A stretch of 64,000 nucleotides of DNA. Origin: Vicugna vicugna (Eukaryota). The DNA lies in the NCBI GenBank assembly GCA_013265495.1, contig MU057398.1, positions 744,001 through 808,000 of the forward strand, in the 5' to 3' direction. Made by a program: the position numbers and the translations under genes. The notes under the pieces were generated by a model that searched no databases, was not told where the DNA came from, and saw only the letters and a list, made by a program, of their open reading frames with translations. Below, piece by piece: positions 39,001 through 51,500 of this stretch. The first letter of the stretch is position 1, and each line of letters starts with the position of its first letter.

Positions 39001-42000
39001 AAAAGTCAACAGTGTTGAGGTGGGGAAAACCTGGGCTGTCGTGACACAATTTGGAGTTTAGGGCCCACCGAGTTATGGCTGAATGGAAAAGGCTACAATT
39101 TCAAAGACTGACGTACCAAGTGTTGGCAAAAGTGTTAAGCAACTAGAACATAAAATGGTACAACCATGTTGGAAAACAGTTTGGCAGTTTCTTGAAAAGT
39201 CGACCATACATCTACCTCATTACTGGCAATTCCACATATGAAAGCATATGTTCACAAAAAGACTTGTACCAGAATGTTCCCAGCAGCTCAATTCCTAACA
39301 GCCCCAACCAGCAGCAAATGAATGGGTAGATATATTGTGTTCCTCCCATGGAATAATGCTGAGCAAGAAGGAATGAACTGCTCCCATGCACAACTTGGAT
39401 GAATTTCAAAATAATTACACTGGGTGAAAAGAAGTCAGACACAAATGACCACGTAGCGTATGATTCCATTTACTTGAAATGTCCCAGAATAGACCAAACC
39501 AGAGAGACAGACAACAGATCGCTGGTTACCAGGGGCTGATGGAAGGTGAATGGGGAGTGACAGGGTCTCCTTTCAGAGTGATGAAAATATTCTGGAACTA
39601 ATGGGGTTCGTGTGAATGCACGAAATGCCATTGAACTGTAAGCTTTAAAACGAATAATTTTATGCTTTGTGAATTTTGTCTCAACTGAAAAATACAAAAG
39701 CCCTCTCGAAAGCAAACCGATACACCTGTGTCACAGAACTTTTCAGTTTGAAACTTCAGTTTGTGATGCACCAGAGATGTGACAATCACAGGGGCCTGGG
39801 TAGTGACCACACAGTTGTGGACACTGGGTGACACTTCATCAAGCTGAACATAGACACTTGCGCCTGAGACTCCGTTTCCCCATCTGTAAGGTGGGCATCT
39901 GAAAGCTACACGTAATCAAGGCTACGTGCTCCCCGTCGTCACTGTTTCTACATTACGTCATCTTCAGCCCGTTCTCCATTTCTCCCAGTAAATCTGAGTC
40001 CCACGGACCCATTTTGTTTTGATTTGTTTTGCTTCTAATGTATATTAATTAAGGTAGGCTGAGTGCTGGAGTCAACAACCAGAAAATCTCGGTGTCTGAA
40101 CACAATGAAAGTCCACACCCACCAGTCTGATGGAGGTGGTGGTGGTGTGTGAGGAGCTGCTGCCTTAGAAGTGCAAGCTAGTGGAAGTCACACAGAGTGT
40201 GGCAGGGAGGCAGGTCGCGCTGCTCCCCCGCACGCCTGGCAGATTCTGATCTGCTGCAGGTTAAGTGCTTACCAGAGCCCAGCAGTCACCCCCAGCCTGG
40301 GCACTATGGAAACACAGTGGGTCTGCATACTGTCAGCGAGCTCCGGTTTGCCCTATGTAAACCTAACCTTGGAAATGTTATTTTGAAAAAGGGGTCTTTA
40401 AGAGTCCTGAGATTTTGGATTTGGTTGCCATGTCCTACAAAACTCACCTCCTGAGTTCTGAATTCTGATTGGTTATCTTACTTGACGGTGGGCTGTCCCT
40501 GAATACTCCTTGACTGCCCTTTAGGGATTTGCCAAGCAGTGTAAATGCAGGTTGGATTCCCTGTGCAAACAGAAGATGGGATTCCCATGCTGCTCTTCCC
40601 CACAAACACGGAGGTGCTAAAGGGACTGCGGAGGCATTCATGAAAATGCTGACAACCTGGGCTCAAGTAAGCGACCCCCACGCAGCAGGGAGAAAGCACT
40701 CCTCAGAAGGCAGTCAGGTTCGGAGCAAGGAAGCTGCACGGAGGGGCCTTGTGCCCCGACTTAGCTCTGAGCCCGGGGAAAGGGATCAGGGCTGGCGAGG
40801 CGGGTCCAGTCCTGATGCCCCCTTCAGCAGACAGGGACCAGCAGGGCCCCTCCCTGACTGAGGATGGCCACCTGCCTCGTTTGCCAGTAGAGGGCCAGGC
40901 GGGCAGGCAACAATGGTCAGGGGACTAGCCCTCTCCCCTCAGGGCTCAGTCCTGGAGCGGAACACTGACTGCCCCACTCCAGGCCAAGGCGGCAGGCAGG
41001 AGGGGCTCCACCTCACCTGCATTTCTCCTCCTGAAGGGATTCCAGTGACACCTGCAGGTCCGTCAGGTACCTCTCCTTTAGGCTCTGACAGGACACCTGG
41101 AGGCTGAGGTGGAACTTCTTGATTTCTTGCAGCTCTTCCTTCATCCTCTGCCACGGCAGGGCTTGCTGCTGGGCCACACGCTTGGTCTTGGAGGGCCTCC
41201 CCGGCTGCAAGGCTGGGCAGTGACTCTCCAGAGGGAAGTGTCCGATGACATGAGACAGGCTAGTGGATGGGAAATCCGCCCCATCTAGCTCGGGGGACTC
41301 TGAACCCAGGGCCCTCTCACTGGGCTGCTCGCAGTCATCAAGGCTGCTGTCTGCCCTCAGCACTAAGCCCTTGGGCCTGCAGCCCTCCTCCAGCTCCTGC
41401 AGCTGCTGGTGACACTGGCGGAGCCTTCGCTCGATCTGGGCGATGGTGGCAGAGGTGCGCTGGTTCACCTTCTCGAAGGCCTGCCGGATGTGGGGGGCCT
41501 GGTGCCGGTCGGCTTTGGACACCAGCTCAAGGTAGCCCGCGGTGTTCTCATCCCGGCTGGCCCTCTCCACCCTCAGCTGCTCTGAGAGGTAGAGGATGCG
41601 GTGCTTGATGCTGGCCTCTAAGTTCCGGGCCAGCTCCCCATCTGAGAGGCTGCAGTGGCCACTGGGGCCATCCTCACTGGATGACAGGGATCTGCATGAG
41701 GGAACATCAGAGGGGAGGGCTACAGTTGGGCTCTTGCTGTGTTCTGCCTGCAATGGGAAACAAGAATCACAAAATATGCACTTTTGTGACATACACAGGA
41801 GGAGGACTAGACACGTTATTGCTCCACTCTCTAAAAACGCTTACACGTATGCGCTTATACTGACACACGCACAATTTGTGCATCTAAGATGGGCCCAACA
41901 CAGACTGGCAAATCAAGTTCATCTTCTGGGCCCCTCTCCTCTCCTTTTCAAGCACCTGACTCCTTACTCGATGGGCATACCTCACTATGGCCACCAAATG

Positions 42001-44841
42001 GCTAGAGTCCCCACCTCTACACCTGCCCTGTCTGTTCTTGAACTTCTCTTCCAAGAATTATCAATTGTGGGACTCATTTTATAAAGAATTGTTCTTGTAA
42101 AGTATGGAATACACTCACTTCCATTAATCCATACTGCTTGCTGTATTGCTACTGCCAGGGAGACAGGCAGGGAGACTTGCATCCCAGCAGGTTCATTCCT
42201 TCATCTAATCATTCAGTCAACACACATGTCCTGAATTCCTACCATGTGGTACAGAAGCCAGACACATTCCTTGCTCTCATAGAGCTGATGGTCCAGCGTG
42301 GAAAGTTCTATGTAACACCAACAAATGAGGCTCTCGTGTGGGGATGGATAATAGCAAGAGCATCGCCTTTGATTTTTGTTTTTGTTGGTATATATATATA
42401 TATATATTTACTGACATAGTCAGTTTTCAATGTTCTGTCCATTTCTGGTGTACAGCACAATGCTTCAGTCATACATGAACATACATATATTCATTTTCAT
42501 ATTTTTTTCACCGAAAGTTACAAGATACTGAATATAGTTCCCCATGCTACATAGTATGAACTGCTTGTTTGCCTATTTTATATATATTAGTATCTGCAAA
42601 TCTTGAACTCCCAATTTATCCCTTCCCACCCCCTTCCCCCTGGTAACCATAAGTTTGTTTCCTATGTCATGAGTGTGTTTCTGTTTTGTAAATAAGTTCG
42701 TTTGTCTTTTTCTTTAGATTCCACATATAAGTGATATCATATGGTATTCTTCTCTCTCTTTCTGGTTTGCTTCACTTGGAATAACATTCTCCAGGCCCAT
42801 CCATGTTGCTGCAAGTGGCATTATTTTATTATTTTTATGGCTGAGTAGTATTCCATTGTATGAATATACCACAGACTGTTTATCCAGTCATCTGTCGATG
42901 GACAGAGCATTGCCTTTGATATAGAGCCAAGTTCAAATCCTGACTCTACCACTCTGGGACCTTGGGCAAGTTAATAAACCATTCAGAGGGTCACTTTTCT
43001 CATCTCTAAAATAAAGGTGGCCATAGCAGCATAACTGGAACACAGCAGACCAGGACAGAGTGGGCAGTGATGAGCTTGAAGATGGAGGAAGGGTCAGAAC
43101 AGGTGGAGCCTCTGTTCTATTTCTCCTTTTTAACTAAAAGCACCTTCATGACTGTTTTCAATCTGAAAATGCTCTCCTGGTAGCAAGCCAGGAGTGATTA
43201 CATTGTAATGGATAGCTTGGCTCTGTGCGTTTTATTGTATGCAATCATGCCCTTGATTGAAAAAAAGAGCATATGATACCACTATGCACCTAGCAGGTTG
43301 ACAAAATTTAGATGAACTATAACAAATGTCAGCAAGGATATGGAGCAACAGGAACCATCAATCACTCCTGTAGTTGGTACAGACATTCTGGGAGAGTAGA
43401 GAAGATGTTATACATATATGTGATGGAATATTAACTGGCCATAAAAAAGGAATGAAAAATGCCATTTGCAGCCATATGGATGGACCTAGAGATGATCATA
43501 TTAAGTGAAGTAAGTCAAAGGCAAATATCATATATCATTTATATGTGGAATCTAAAAAAATGATAGAAATGAACTTACCAGAAATAGACTTACATAGAAA
43601 ACAAAGTTATGATCACCAAAGGGGAAAGGGGAGAAGGGATAAATTTGGAATGTGGGATTAACAGGTACACACTACTTCATATAAAATAAACAATGAGGAC
43701 CTACTGTACAACATAGGGGACTGTATTCAGTACCTTGCAATAACCTATAATGGAAAAGAATCTGAAAAAGAATATACGTGTGTGTGTATATAACTAAATC
43801 GCTCTGCTATACACCTGAAACACTGTAAATCAACTATACTTCAATTAAGAAAAACATTTTGGGAAAGCAGTTGGTAATATCGTCAACTTGAAGACATGCA
43901 TGCTGAGTGGCCCAGCAACTGCATTCCTAACTATATCCTTGACAGCCGAGTACACTAATACTCCTAACAGCCAGCTGCTAGAAACAACCCACCCACCGAC
44001 TGATAATAGAATGTCTACATGAACTGTAATATATCAACAACATAGTACTGCACAGCAACGCAAGTAAACTCCGGACTTGAAAACATGAATGAACAAGCAT
44101 AACGTTGAACAAAAGAAGCCAAAAATAGAATAATCTATACTTTATATGGTTCTATTCATATAAAGTTCAAAAGGCAAAATGAAATAATGTCATTTCAGAA
44201 TGCACTCTCAGGCAGCAAAGCTATAAAGAAGAGCACAGGCATTACCAGTGTAAATATCTGGAGAGTGGCTCCCACTAGGCCAGGAGAAGGGGACCGTGAC
44301 TGGGAGAGAGATGTGGAGGCTGGAGTGTCTGACGTGAGTAGCAGTTAAATGTGTGTTTCCCTTATTATTATTTCCTAAACTAAATGTTGATGTTTTCTGC
44401 ACCTTTACATGCATATGCCAGATTTCACAATTTTTAAAAGTTTTTAAATGTTCAGTAGGTAGATTTAATAGCAGACTAGAAATGGCTGGAGAGAGAATGA
44501 GTAAATTGTAAAACAGAGCTAAAGAAAGCATCCAGATTGCAGCACAGAGGCACAAAGAAATAGAAAATTTGGAAAAAAATTGAAAAATAGAAGACATGGG
44601 AGATAGAATGAAAAAGTCTAACAAAAATCTAACTGCCATGCCGTAGGGAGAAAACAGAATGAGGCAACGGCAAGATTTGAAGAGATAGTCACTAAGAATT
44701 AGCCAGAACTGAAGAAAGACAAATCCACAAATTCAAGAAGCCCAAGGAATCCCAAACAGCATAAAACAGAAATAGATTCGCACCTAGACACAAGATCTTA
44801 GAAGCAACCAGATTTTAAAAGGTGATTACCTTTAAAACCAT
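35665..44841 (-). CDS. TEX28: Testis-expressed protein 28 (TMCC/TEX28 family: coiled coil plus C-terminal hydrophobic segments), 411 aa; complement(join(35665..36021,36526..36661,41017..41747,44830..44841))
   Basis: Exons of 12+731+136+357 = 1236 nt join in frame: MVLK|AEHSKSPTVALPSDVPSCRSLSSSEDGPSG...HRILYLSEQLRVE...ESLQEEKCR|QALMEGQ...YERAKEIW|EVMETFKNRISKLE...GP*. Expected position between opsin and TKTL1. Confidence 0.96.
36526..36661 (-). CDS. TEX28: TEX28 internal coding exon
   Basis: Acceptor ctcttctgctcccaag|; QALMEGQVNVHLQGHLDEIYCLKQNLACTEEKMAYLSYERAKEIW; donor TGG|GTGAGC; absent from the ORF track. Confidence 0.96.
38745..38868 (-). mobile_element. tRNA-derived SINE
   Basis: GGTAATTAGG...GGGGATTGAACCCAGGACCTCATGCATG...CTTGAGCTGTACCCTCCCC. 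Confidence 0.85.
38895..39035 (+). mobile_element. MER20 DNA transposon fragment
   Basis: GCTACTGGCATCTAGTGGGTAGAGACCAGGGACACTGCTAAACATCC...GTCAACAGTGTTGAGG. Confidence 0.8.
41017..41747 (-). CDS. TEX28: TEX28 large coding exon
   Basis: Acceptor cccattgcag|GCAGAACAC; donor TGCAG|GTGAGG; lies within ORF 41013..41792. Confidence 0.97.
42374..42904 (-). mobile_element. 5'-truncated young L1 in TEX28 intron
   Basis: TSD AGAGCAT(C/T)GCCTTTGAT at 42357-42373 and 42905-42921. Confidence 0.9.
44830..44841 (-). CDS. TEX28: TEX28 first coding exon (MVLK); exon probably spans 44830-44929
   Basis: Minus strand reads gtc ATG GTT TTA AAG|GTAATC, giving the MVLK N-terminus recalled for human TEX28; candidate acceptor ttttttttctctctgacag ending at 44930. 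Confidence 0.85.
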
Positions 44842-45859
44842 GACTTTTAAACTGAAAGCTGCCTCTTTGATGGCATCAGTGAAATCCAGAAGAGAGTTGA
44901 ATAGTATCTTCAATCTGCTGAGAGAATAACTGTCAGAGAGAAAAAAAATAGATTACATTCAAAGAATCAGAAGCCAGAATGTCTTCAGACTTTTCAGTGA
45001 AGCACTACGAATTAGAAAATATTGAAGTAATACCTTCCAAACTTGGGGGGAAAGTAATTTTCTAACCTAGAATTCTACCCCCAAACTTTCGATTGTCAGG
45101 TTAGACTGAAGACATTTTCCAACACGAAAGAACTCAAATGGTTTACTTCCTCTGCATTCTTTCTCTGAAAGCTGCTAGAGAAGGTGTGCCACCAAAACCA
45201 GAGAGGACCTAAGAAAGAGGGAGAGATGGAGGTCTATGAAACAAGGAGCCCCAAGCCAAAAGAAAGGCAAGTGCAGTTTCCAGGATGATGGAAAGGGAAC
45301 CCAGGCTGGTGGCTGGGTACTGGGCCTGGAGGGCAAGTCGAAAGGCTCCAGGAGAGAGTGCTCCAAGTGAATGAAGTGAGTGGAATGCAGGACATCTTTG
45401 AATAGCTGGAGAGGAGACAAACAGTTGGGGGAAGCGCTGATCTATTACAAGTAGTAGAGAACCAGCAACACGGTGGGTGTGAAGAGACAAGTGTTAACTC
45501 AAAGGAAAACAAAACATCAGGAGAGAAAGGAAAAGTCATTAGAGTTGCCATAGACTTGACAATGTTAACACCAAGGACTGATCTAACACAGATCATTGCA
45601 TACTGTACTGGAAGGATGGAGGGGCAGGGTATGAAAGAGCCACACCATCATCTTTTACTGTGAGAAGTCAATTAATAATTCCTAAAATATAAAAAATAAA
45701 GAAATATCACTATAAACTATTTATTTAGAGAACTGGCGGTAAATACCAAAAGAAATAGCTAAAAGGGCGTTGAATGCAGTTAATTCTGGGGAATGGATGA
45801 CTGTGTGTGGATGCCAGAGATTGCTAGTAAACCTTGTAGAACCATTTAATTCTTCTAAC

Positions 45860-46159
45860 CAGGGGTTGGCAAACTATGGCCTGGTTTTGTCCAGGTGTGA
45901 GCTAAGAGTGGTTTTTACATGTTTAAATGGTTGAAAAAATCAGAAGGATATTTTGTGGCATGTGAAAATTACATGAGATTCAAATTTCAGTGTCTATAAA
46001 CAAAGTGTGATTGGCACACAGCCACACTGTTTCATTTACCTATAGTCTATGGGTATATGAGGGCCACAACAACGGCCTAATTGAGTAGCTGCAAGAGGGA
46101 ACATATGGCCTCAAATAGTTACTATCCGGCCCTTTACAGAAACACCTTGCTGACCCCTG
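45860..46159. mobile_element. MER58-like hAT-Charlie MITE
   Basis: Terminal inverted repeats CAGGGGTTGGCAA ... TTGCTGACCCCTG. Confidence 0.85.
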
Positions 46160-47439
46160 ATTTAAACTATGTTCATACATTCCACTGACAAATGAAAGAA
46201 CCAAGTGTTTTAAAAAGAAGTAGGAAATAAAGAAAATTAAACTTTGCTAATGGCTTGTTCTATTGGGGAATTTTATAGGTATTATGTAAAATTCAAAATT
46301 AACCGAAGAATATGTTGTGAAAAAAATTAAAGGCAACCAGTAGAAAAAAGCCAGATACATAACATCCAAACCAAGGGGGAAAAAGGAACTTGATTAATCT
46401 AAAAAAGGAAGGAAAGGAAAAACCAAAAGAAACAAGATACCAGGATAAATTGAAAACATAAAATAAAATGCCAATAAGATGTGATTATCAATAGCTATAT
46501 ATTGTGCTCTTAAGAAGACTCAATACTGTAAATATGTCAGCCCTCTATATATTAACCTATAAATTCAATGGAATCTTAATTTAAAACCCAATGGGAATGT
46601 CTTATGAATCTTAGATTAGCTCATTCCAAAATTTACTTGGAGGAGAAAATGAAAAAGAATAGCTAAAACATTTTGGGAAAGAATAATAGAAATGGTCTTG
46701 ATATATTTGGCTATTGGAAAAACATTAAGTTAGAGTGCTATTTACATCATTTTCCATAATAAAGTTGAGACAGAATAGAGAACTAAACATAAATAAGAAC
46801 CTATAAAAGTATCAGAAGGACACAATAGGAGATGTTTTATAGTCTTTGTGTGAAGATCTTTCAGAACAAGACTTGAATGAAAATGCCATAAAGGAAAATA
46901 TTTACATATTTCACTACATTTAAAAAAAAACTTTAAATCTTCTTATGGTGAAGGAAGCACAAAGTTTAAAAAAAAGCAACATTTAGGTTTTAGTTCAAAC
47001 ACTTGCTTGTCCTTAAAAAGAAATCTCCATTAACATTTTTAAAAGACAACAGATTAAGAAAAAAAGATTTGCAAGAGCTCTAATAGATAAAAGACTAATC
47101 AATATAATATACAAGGAACTCCTACAAACGAGAAAGCAAAACACAAATAATCCAACATAAAACAGTAAAGGGTAGTAGTAAACAATTCAGAAGGGCACAC
47201 TAGGAATGGCAGTAAACAATCGAAAAATGTGCAACTGCAAGGAAATCAAGCAATCATAAATCAAAACGATTAAAAATGATTTTCTCATCCATCAGACTGC
47301 CACACATTAAAAAGACTAACAATATCCAGTGTTGATGGGTACGTGGGGAAAGGAGCACTCACATATTCTGCAAGTAGGAGAACACATAGATTCTGGGTTC
47401 TGTTTGAGCAGTCAGGAGGTAGCCATTAAATTTTTCAAG

Positions 47440-47890
47440 CACGTACCGTTTAAGCAAGCAAGAACGTGGGAGCCCAGCTGCCGTCAGGGACACTTGGGGG
47501 CTCTCAGGAGGCCGGCAGTTTCGAACCAAGAACCTGCACAGTGGTTGAAGTCGGGCTGTGGTGTTGTGTAGATGGTACTACTGGGAGCCCTGCTGGTTCT
47601 CGGAAGACCATGTTAAAGTCAGAGGGATGAGCTCTCTGGCAGTCCATTGTGGCCGTGGTGATGGGGACTTCCAGACCGGAAGTTAACGGGAGCCCCCTCA
47701 TGTCACGCTAGCTGGAAAAGCCGCTAGCACTTGCCGACTGCCACCTCAACAGTCGGGCGGGGCTTGTGGTACAGAAGGTTCTAGAAAGAGAAATGAGGTC
47801 TGCAAGAGACGCCGCTGCCTCAGGACACACAGTCGGCCTCATCCGCTGACGAGCCCCTAGGGGTGGGCGGCTATGGGGGCTGGAGGGGTG
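47440..47890 (-). promoter_or_regulatory. Candidate TEX28 promoter / non-coding first exon
   Basis: Unique-looking CpG-enriched patch between L1 fragments; ETS-type CCGGAAG at ~47677; minus-strand donor-like ACG|GTACGT at 47447/47446. Confidence 0.45.
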
Positions 47891-48218
47891 GCTGCAAAGT
47901 GTTAAAATTCCAGAGTGACTTTTTTTTTAATATGATGTGATAAAGTGGGCAAAACACAAACTTCACCATGGTAACTCTTTTTAAAAAGTCTGTGAGTCCG
48001 TCGGACTCTTTTTACACCATTTACCGCATTGCGCAACCACCACCACGTCTAGTTCCAGAATTATTTTTAATCATCCCGAAAGTAGACCCTGGTCCCACGC
48101 GGAGGCAGCCCTCTTTCTATTGATAGCACGAAAGCACAAATTAAGAAATTAAATTATTTCTAATAATGCGCAATAATGTGGATGACGAGTGTCCCGAATG
48201 TTCAAACTCCATTGAACA

Positions 48219-48306
48219 GGAGCGGCGCGCGGAGGGAGCGGCGCGCGGAGGGAGCGGCGCGCGGAGGGAGCCGCGCGCGGAGGGAGCCGCGCGCGGAGGG
48301 AGCCGC
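48219..48306 (+). repeat. 16-bp GC-rich minisatellite, 5.5 copies
   Basis: GGAGCGGCGCGCGGAG x3 then GGAGCCGCGCGCGGAG x2.5. Confidence 0.97.
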
Positions 48307-48384
48307 ACTTAAGAACCCGCACTTAGCGCGCCGCTGAGCCCACACCGCGCCATTTGCTCCTCAGACGCCAACGGAATATCAGCA

Positions 48385-48518
48385 ATGGCCGACGCTGAGC
48401 CGAGCGCTCCGATGGCGGTCGAAGCCAAGCCTGACGCGAAAACTCTGCAGGTGCTGCGCGACCTGGCCAATCGTCTGCGCATCCGTTCCATCAGGGCCTC
48501 CTGCGCCTCGAGCTCTGG
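48385..48518 (+). CDS. TKTL1: TKTL1 coding exon 1
   Basis: [52 protein letters not shown]; donor GG|GTAAGG. Confidence 0.95.
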
Positions 48519-51500
48519 GTAAGGCGCTCCAGTCGAAGCTCAAATCGTTGAGCGGCCCGCTCTGCGGCGACGACCGGGGAGTGAGTTGAAGGGAGCCGTC
48601 GGAGGCCGGGTGGGCTCGGTGTAGAGGCCCCATTTTAGGCCACAGGGGCTAGGCTGTCACCTTCAGACGCCCGCCAGGCGTGGTCGCCGCTACCCCTTCC
48701 CCCATAGCCAGGCGTGCTCGGGCCCCCACCCATCACTGCCCGCGGCAGGCTGAGGAGGCTGCCCAGAGCCTCCGGGCCTCCCCCGTTAGCGGAGAGGACC
48801 CCAGACGCGGGCGGGCGGAGCGCGTGGATCCAACCGGCTAGCGGCTAGCGTGGGAGCGGCGAGCGGCCTCTGGCTTTCTGTGTAAGCAGTTAGGACTAGG
48901 AATTTGAAAAAATAAAGCCTAAAAGAAAGTGATCTGCGAGGAAGAATCAAGGCAGAAGGGGACTGTTGGTTCTACTAGTATTTTATTGACGATTTTTGCG
49001 CCAATATTCAGAAGTATTAGCCGTTACTTTTCTTGGAAGGTATCTGTCCGCTTTGAGTATGAGGGCAGTTCTAGCCTCAGAGTGAGTTTCAAAGTGTTCC
49101 TGTCAGGTTTTTGGAAGAGTTTGAGGAGGATTGATTTTCTTTAAATGGTGGATATGATTCGCCAGTGAACTCACCAGGGCTGGAGTTTTTCTCTGTTAGG
49201 GAGATTTTCAACCACTGATTCAGTCTCCTTAGTTGTAGTTATTCAGTTTTGATTTTTTCGTGATTCAGTCTTAGTGGATTTTCTGTTTCTAGAAATTTCT
49301 ATGCTTAATTTATTGGCATACAGTTATTCACGGTATAGTCCTTTTTATAGCAATATGTTTAGTTTCATTTCTGAAATGAAGTTGGTAATTTCAAATCTGA
49401 TTTAGTAAATAGAGTAATTTCTTTACTTTTTCAACTAGTCTAGCTAAAGGTTTGTTAATTTTGTTAAATCTTTCCAAAAACCAACTTTTGCTTTGGTTTA
49501 TTTTCTCCATTGTTTTCCTAGTCTCTATTTTATTTAATTCCGCTCTAATATTTATTATTTTTTCCATTCTTGTACCTTTGGGTTTAGTTGTTCTTTTTCT
49601 AGTAACGTAGTTGTGGAATTACATTTTTAAATTTGAGATCTTTCCTTTCAACTGCAAGCACTTGCAGCTATAAATTTCCCTCTTGGTACTGCTTTTGCTG
49701 CAGCCTATAAATTTTGGTATTTTGTGTTTTCGTTTCCATTTCTCCCTAAATGTTTTCCAATTTCTGTTGCATAAATATTTTCCAATTTCTCTTGCAATTT
49801 CTTCTTTGATCCATTGTTCATTTATGTGTGTTGTGGGTCTTTTTTCTTTTGCTTTTGAATTGAAGTATAGTTGAATTACACTAGTTTCAGGTGTACAACA
49901 TAGTGATTCAATATTTTTACAGATTACACCTCATTAAAGGTACTGTAAGAGTGTGTTATTTAATTCCCACAAATGTGTGAATTTAACCATTTTCCTTCTA
50001 TTACGGACTTCTACTTTCACCCTGATCAGATAAAACACTTTGCATGATATCTGTCTTTTTAAATTTCATTACCCAGTTTGGGCTGTAACATTGAAAAGGC
50101 AATGGCAATTAAGACCTGCATGTTTTTGGATTTTTTTTTTACACTTTCAGTTTGCTCCCTCCACCTTCAAAATTAATAATGGTTTGCATTTTCGTAAGGG
50201 ATCTCTAACAGCTTTTAAACAAATCGTCAACTTACGGGATACTTGCAAAGACAAGAGGTTTTGGGGGTTTTTTTGGGTTTTTTGTTTGTACTCTTTTTTT
50301 AATTGAATTATAGTCAATTTACAATGTTGTGTTAATTTCTGGGTACAGCATAATAGTTCAGTCATAACATGTACATACATATAATTCATTTTCATATTTT
50401 TCATTATAGATTAAAGATACTGAATTTAGTTCCCACACTATACAGTATAAACTTGTTTGTCTATTTTATGTATAATAGTTAGTATCTGCAAATCTCAAAC
50501 TCCCAATTTATCCCTTCTACCCTCTTTCCCCTCTGGTAACCATAAGTTTGTTTTCTTTGTGAGTCTGTTTCTGTTTTGTAAATAAGTTCGTTTGCCTTTT
50601 TTTTTTTAAGATTCCACATATGAGTGGTATATGGTATTTTTCTTTCTCTGTCTGACTTACTTCACTTAATATGATAATCTTTAGGTCCATCTTTATTGCT
50701 GCAAATGGCATTATTTCATTCTTTTTTATGGCTGAGTCATCATATATTTTGGATATTAACATCTTATCAGATGTGTGATTTGCAAATACTTTCTGCCATT
50801 CAGTAGGTTGCCTTTTCATTTTGTTGATGGTTTCCTTTGCCATAAAGAGTTTGATGCAGTCCCACTTGTTTATTGTTTGTTTGGGGGTTTTTTTGTTGCT
50901 TTTTTTGCTTTTGTTTTTAGTGTGAGATTCAAAAAATCATTGCTAAGACCTGTATTGAGAAGCTATCTACCCTCTTTCCCCTCTGGTAACCATAAGTTTG
51001 TTTTCTTTGTGAGTCTGTTTCTGTTTTGTAAATAAGTTCGTTTGCCTTTTTTTTTTTAAGATTCCACATATGAGTGGTATATGGTATTTTTCTTTCTCTG
51101 TCTGACTTACTTCACTTAATATGATAATCTTTAGGTCCATCTTTATTGCTGCAAATGGCATTATTTCATTCTTTTTTATGGCTGAGTCATCATATATTTT
51201 GGATATTAACATCTTATCAGATGTGTGATTTGCAAATACTTTCTGCCATTCAGTAGGTTGCCTTTTCATTTTGTTGATGGTTTCCTTTGCCATAAAGAGT
51301 TTGATGCAGTCCCACTTGTTTATTGTTTGTTTGGGGGTTTTTTTGTTGCTTTTTTTGCTTTTGTTTTTAGTGTGAGATTCAAAAAATCATTGCTAAGACC
51401 TGTATTGAGAAGCTTTTAGTGTCTGTGTTTTTCTTCTAGGGATTTTATGGTTTCTGCTCTTACATTTGAGTCTGAGTCCATTTCAAGTTAATTTCTGAGT

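Larger units (their letters stand above)
43270..47440 (+). mobile_element. Nested cluster of L1 fragments: young 3' end ~43400-43850, old 3' end, ORF1-like 44440-44930, HAL1-like 44940-45600, ORF2-like 46200-47440
   Basis: A-rich strand with L1 signatures such as AGATTTAATAGCAGACTAGA, AATTCAAGAAGCCCAAGGAATCCCA, CACCTAGACAC, AACCTAGAATTCTA. Confidence 0.75.
48180..48870. promoter_or_regulatory. CpG island over the TKTL1 promoter and exon 1
   Basis: Dense CpG/GC; YY1-like GCGCCATTTG at ~48347; no TATA box seen. Confidence 0.85.

Noticed and set aside
48219..48306. Regular short repeats as a CRISPR-like array
   Set aside because: Head-to-tail units without spacers, in a mammalian genome; a minisatellite
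50517..51293. Two identical 108-aa ORFs suggesting a duplicated gene
   Set aside because: L1 ORF2/3'UTR fragments inside the tandem duplication, not host genes
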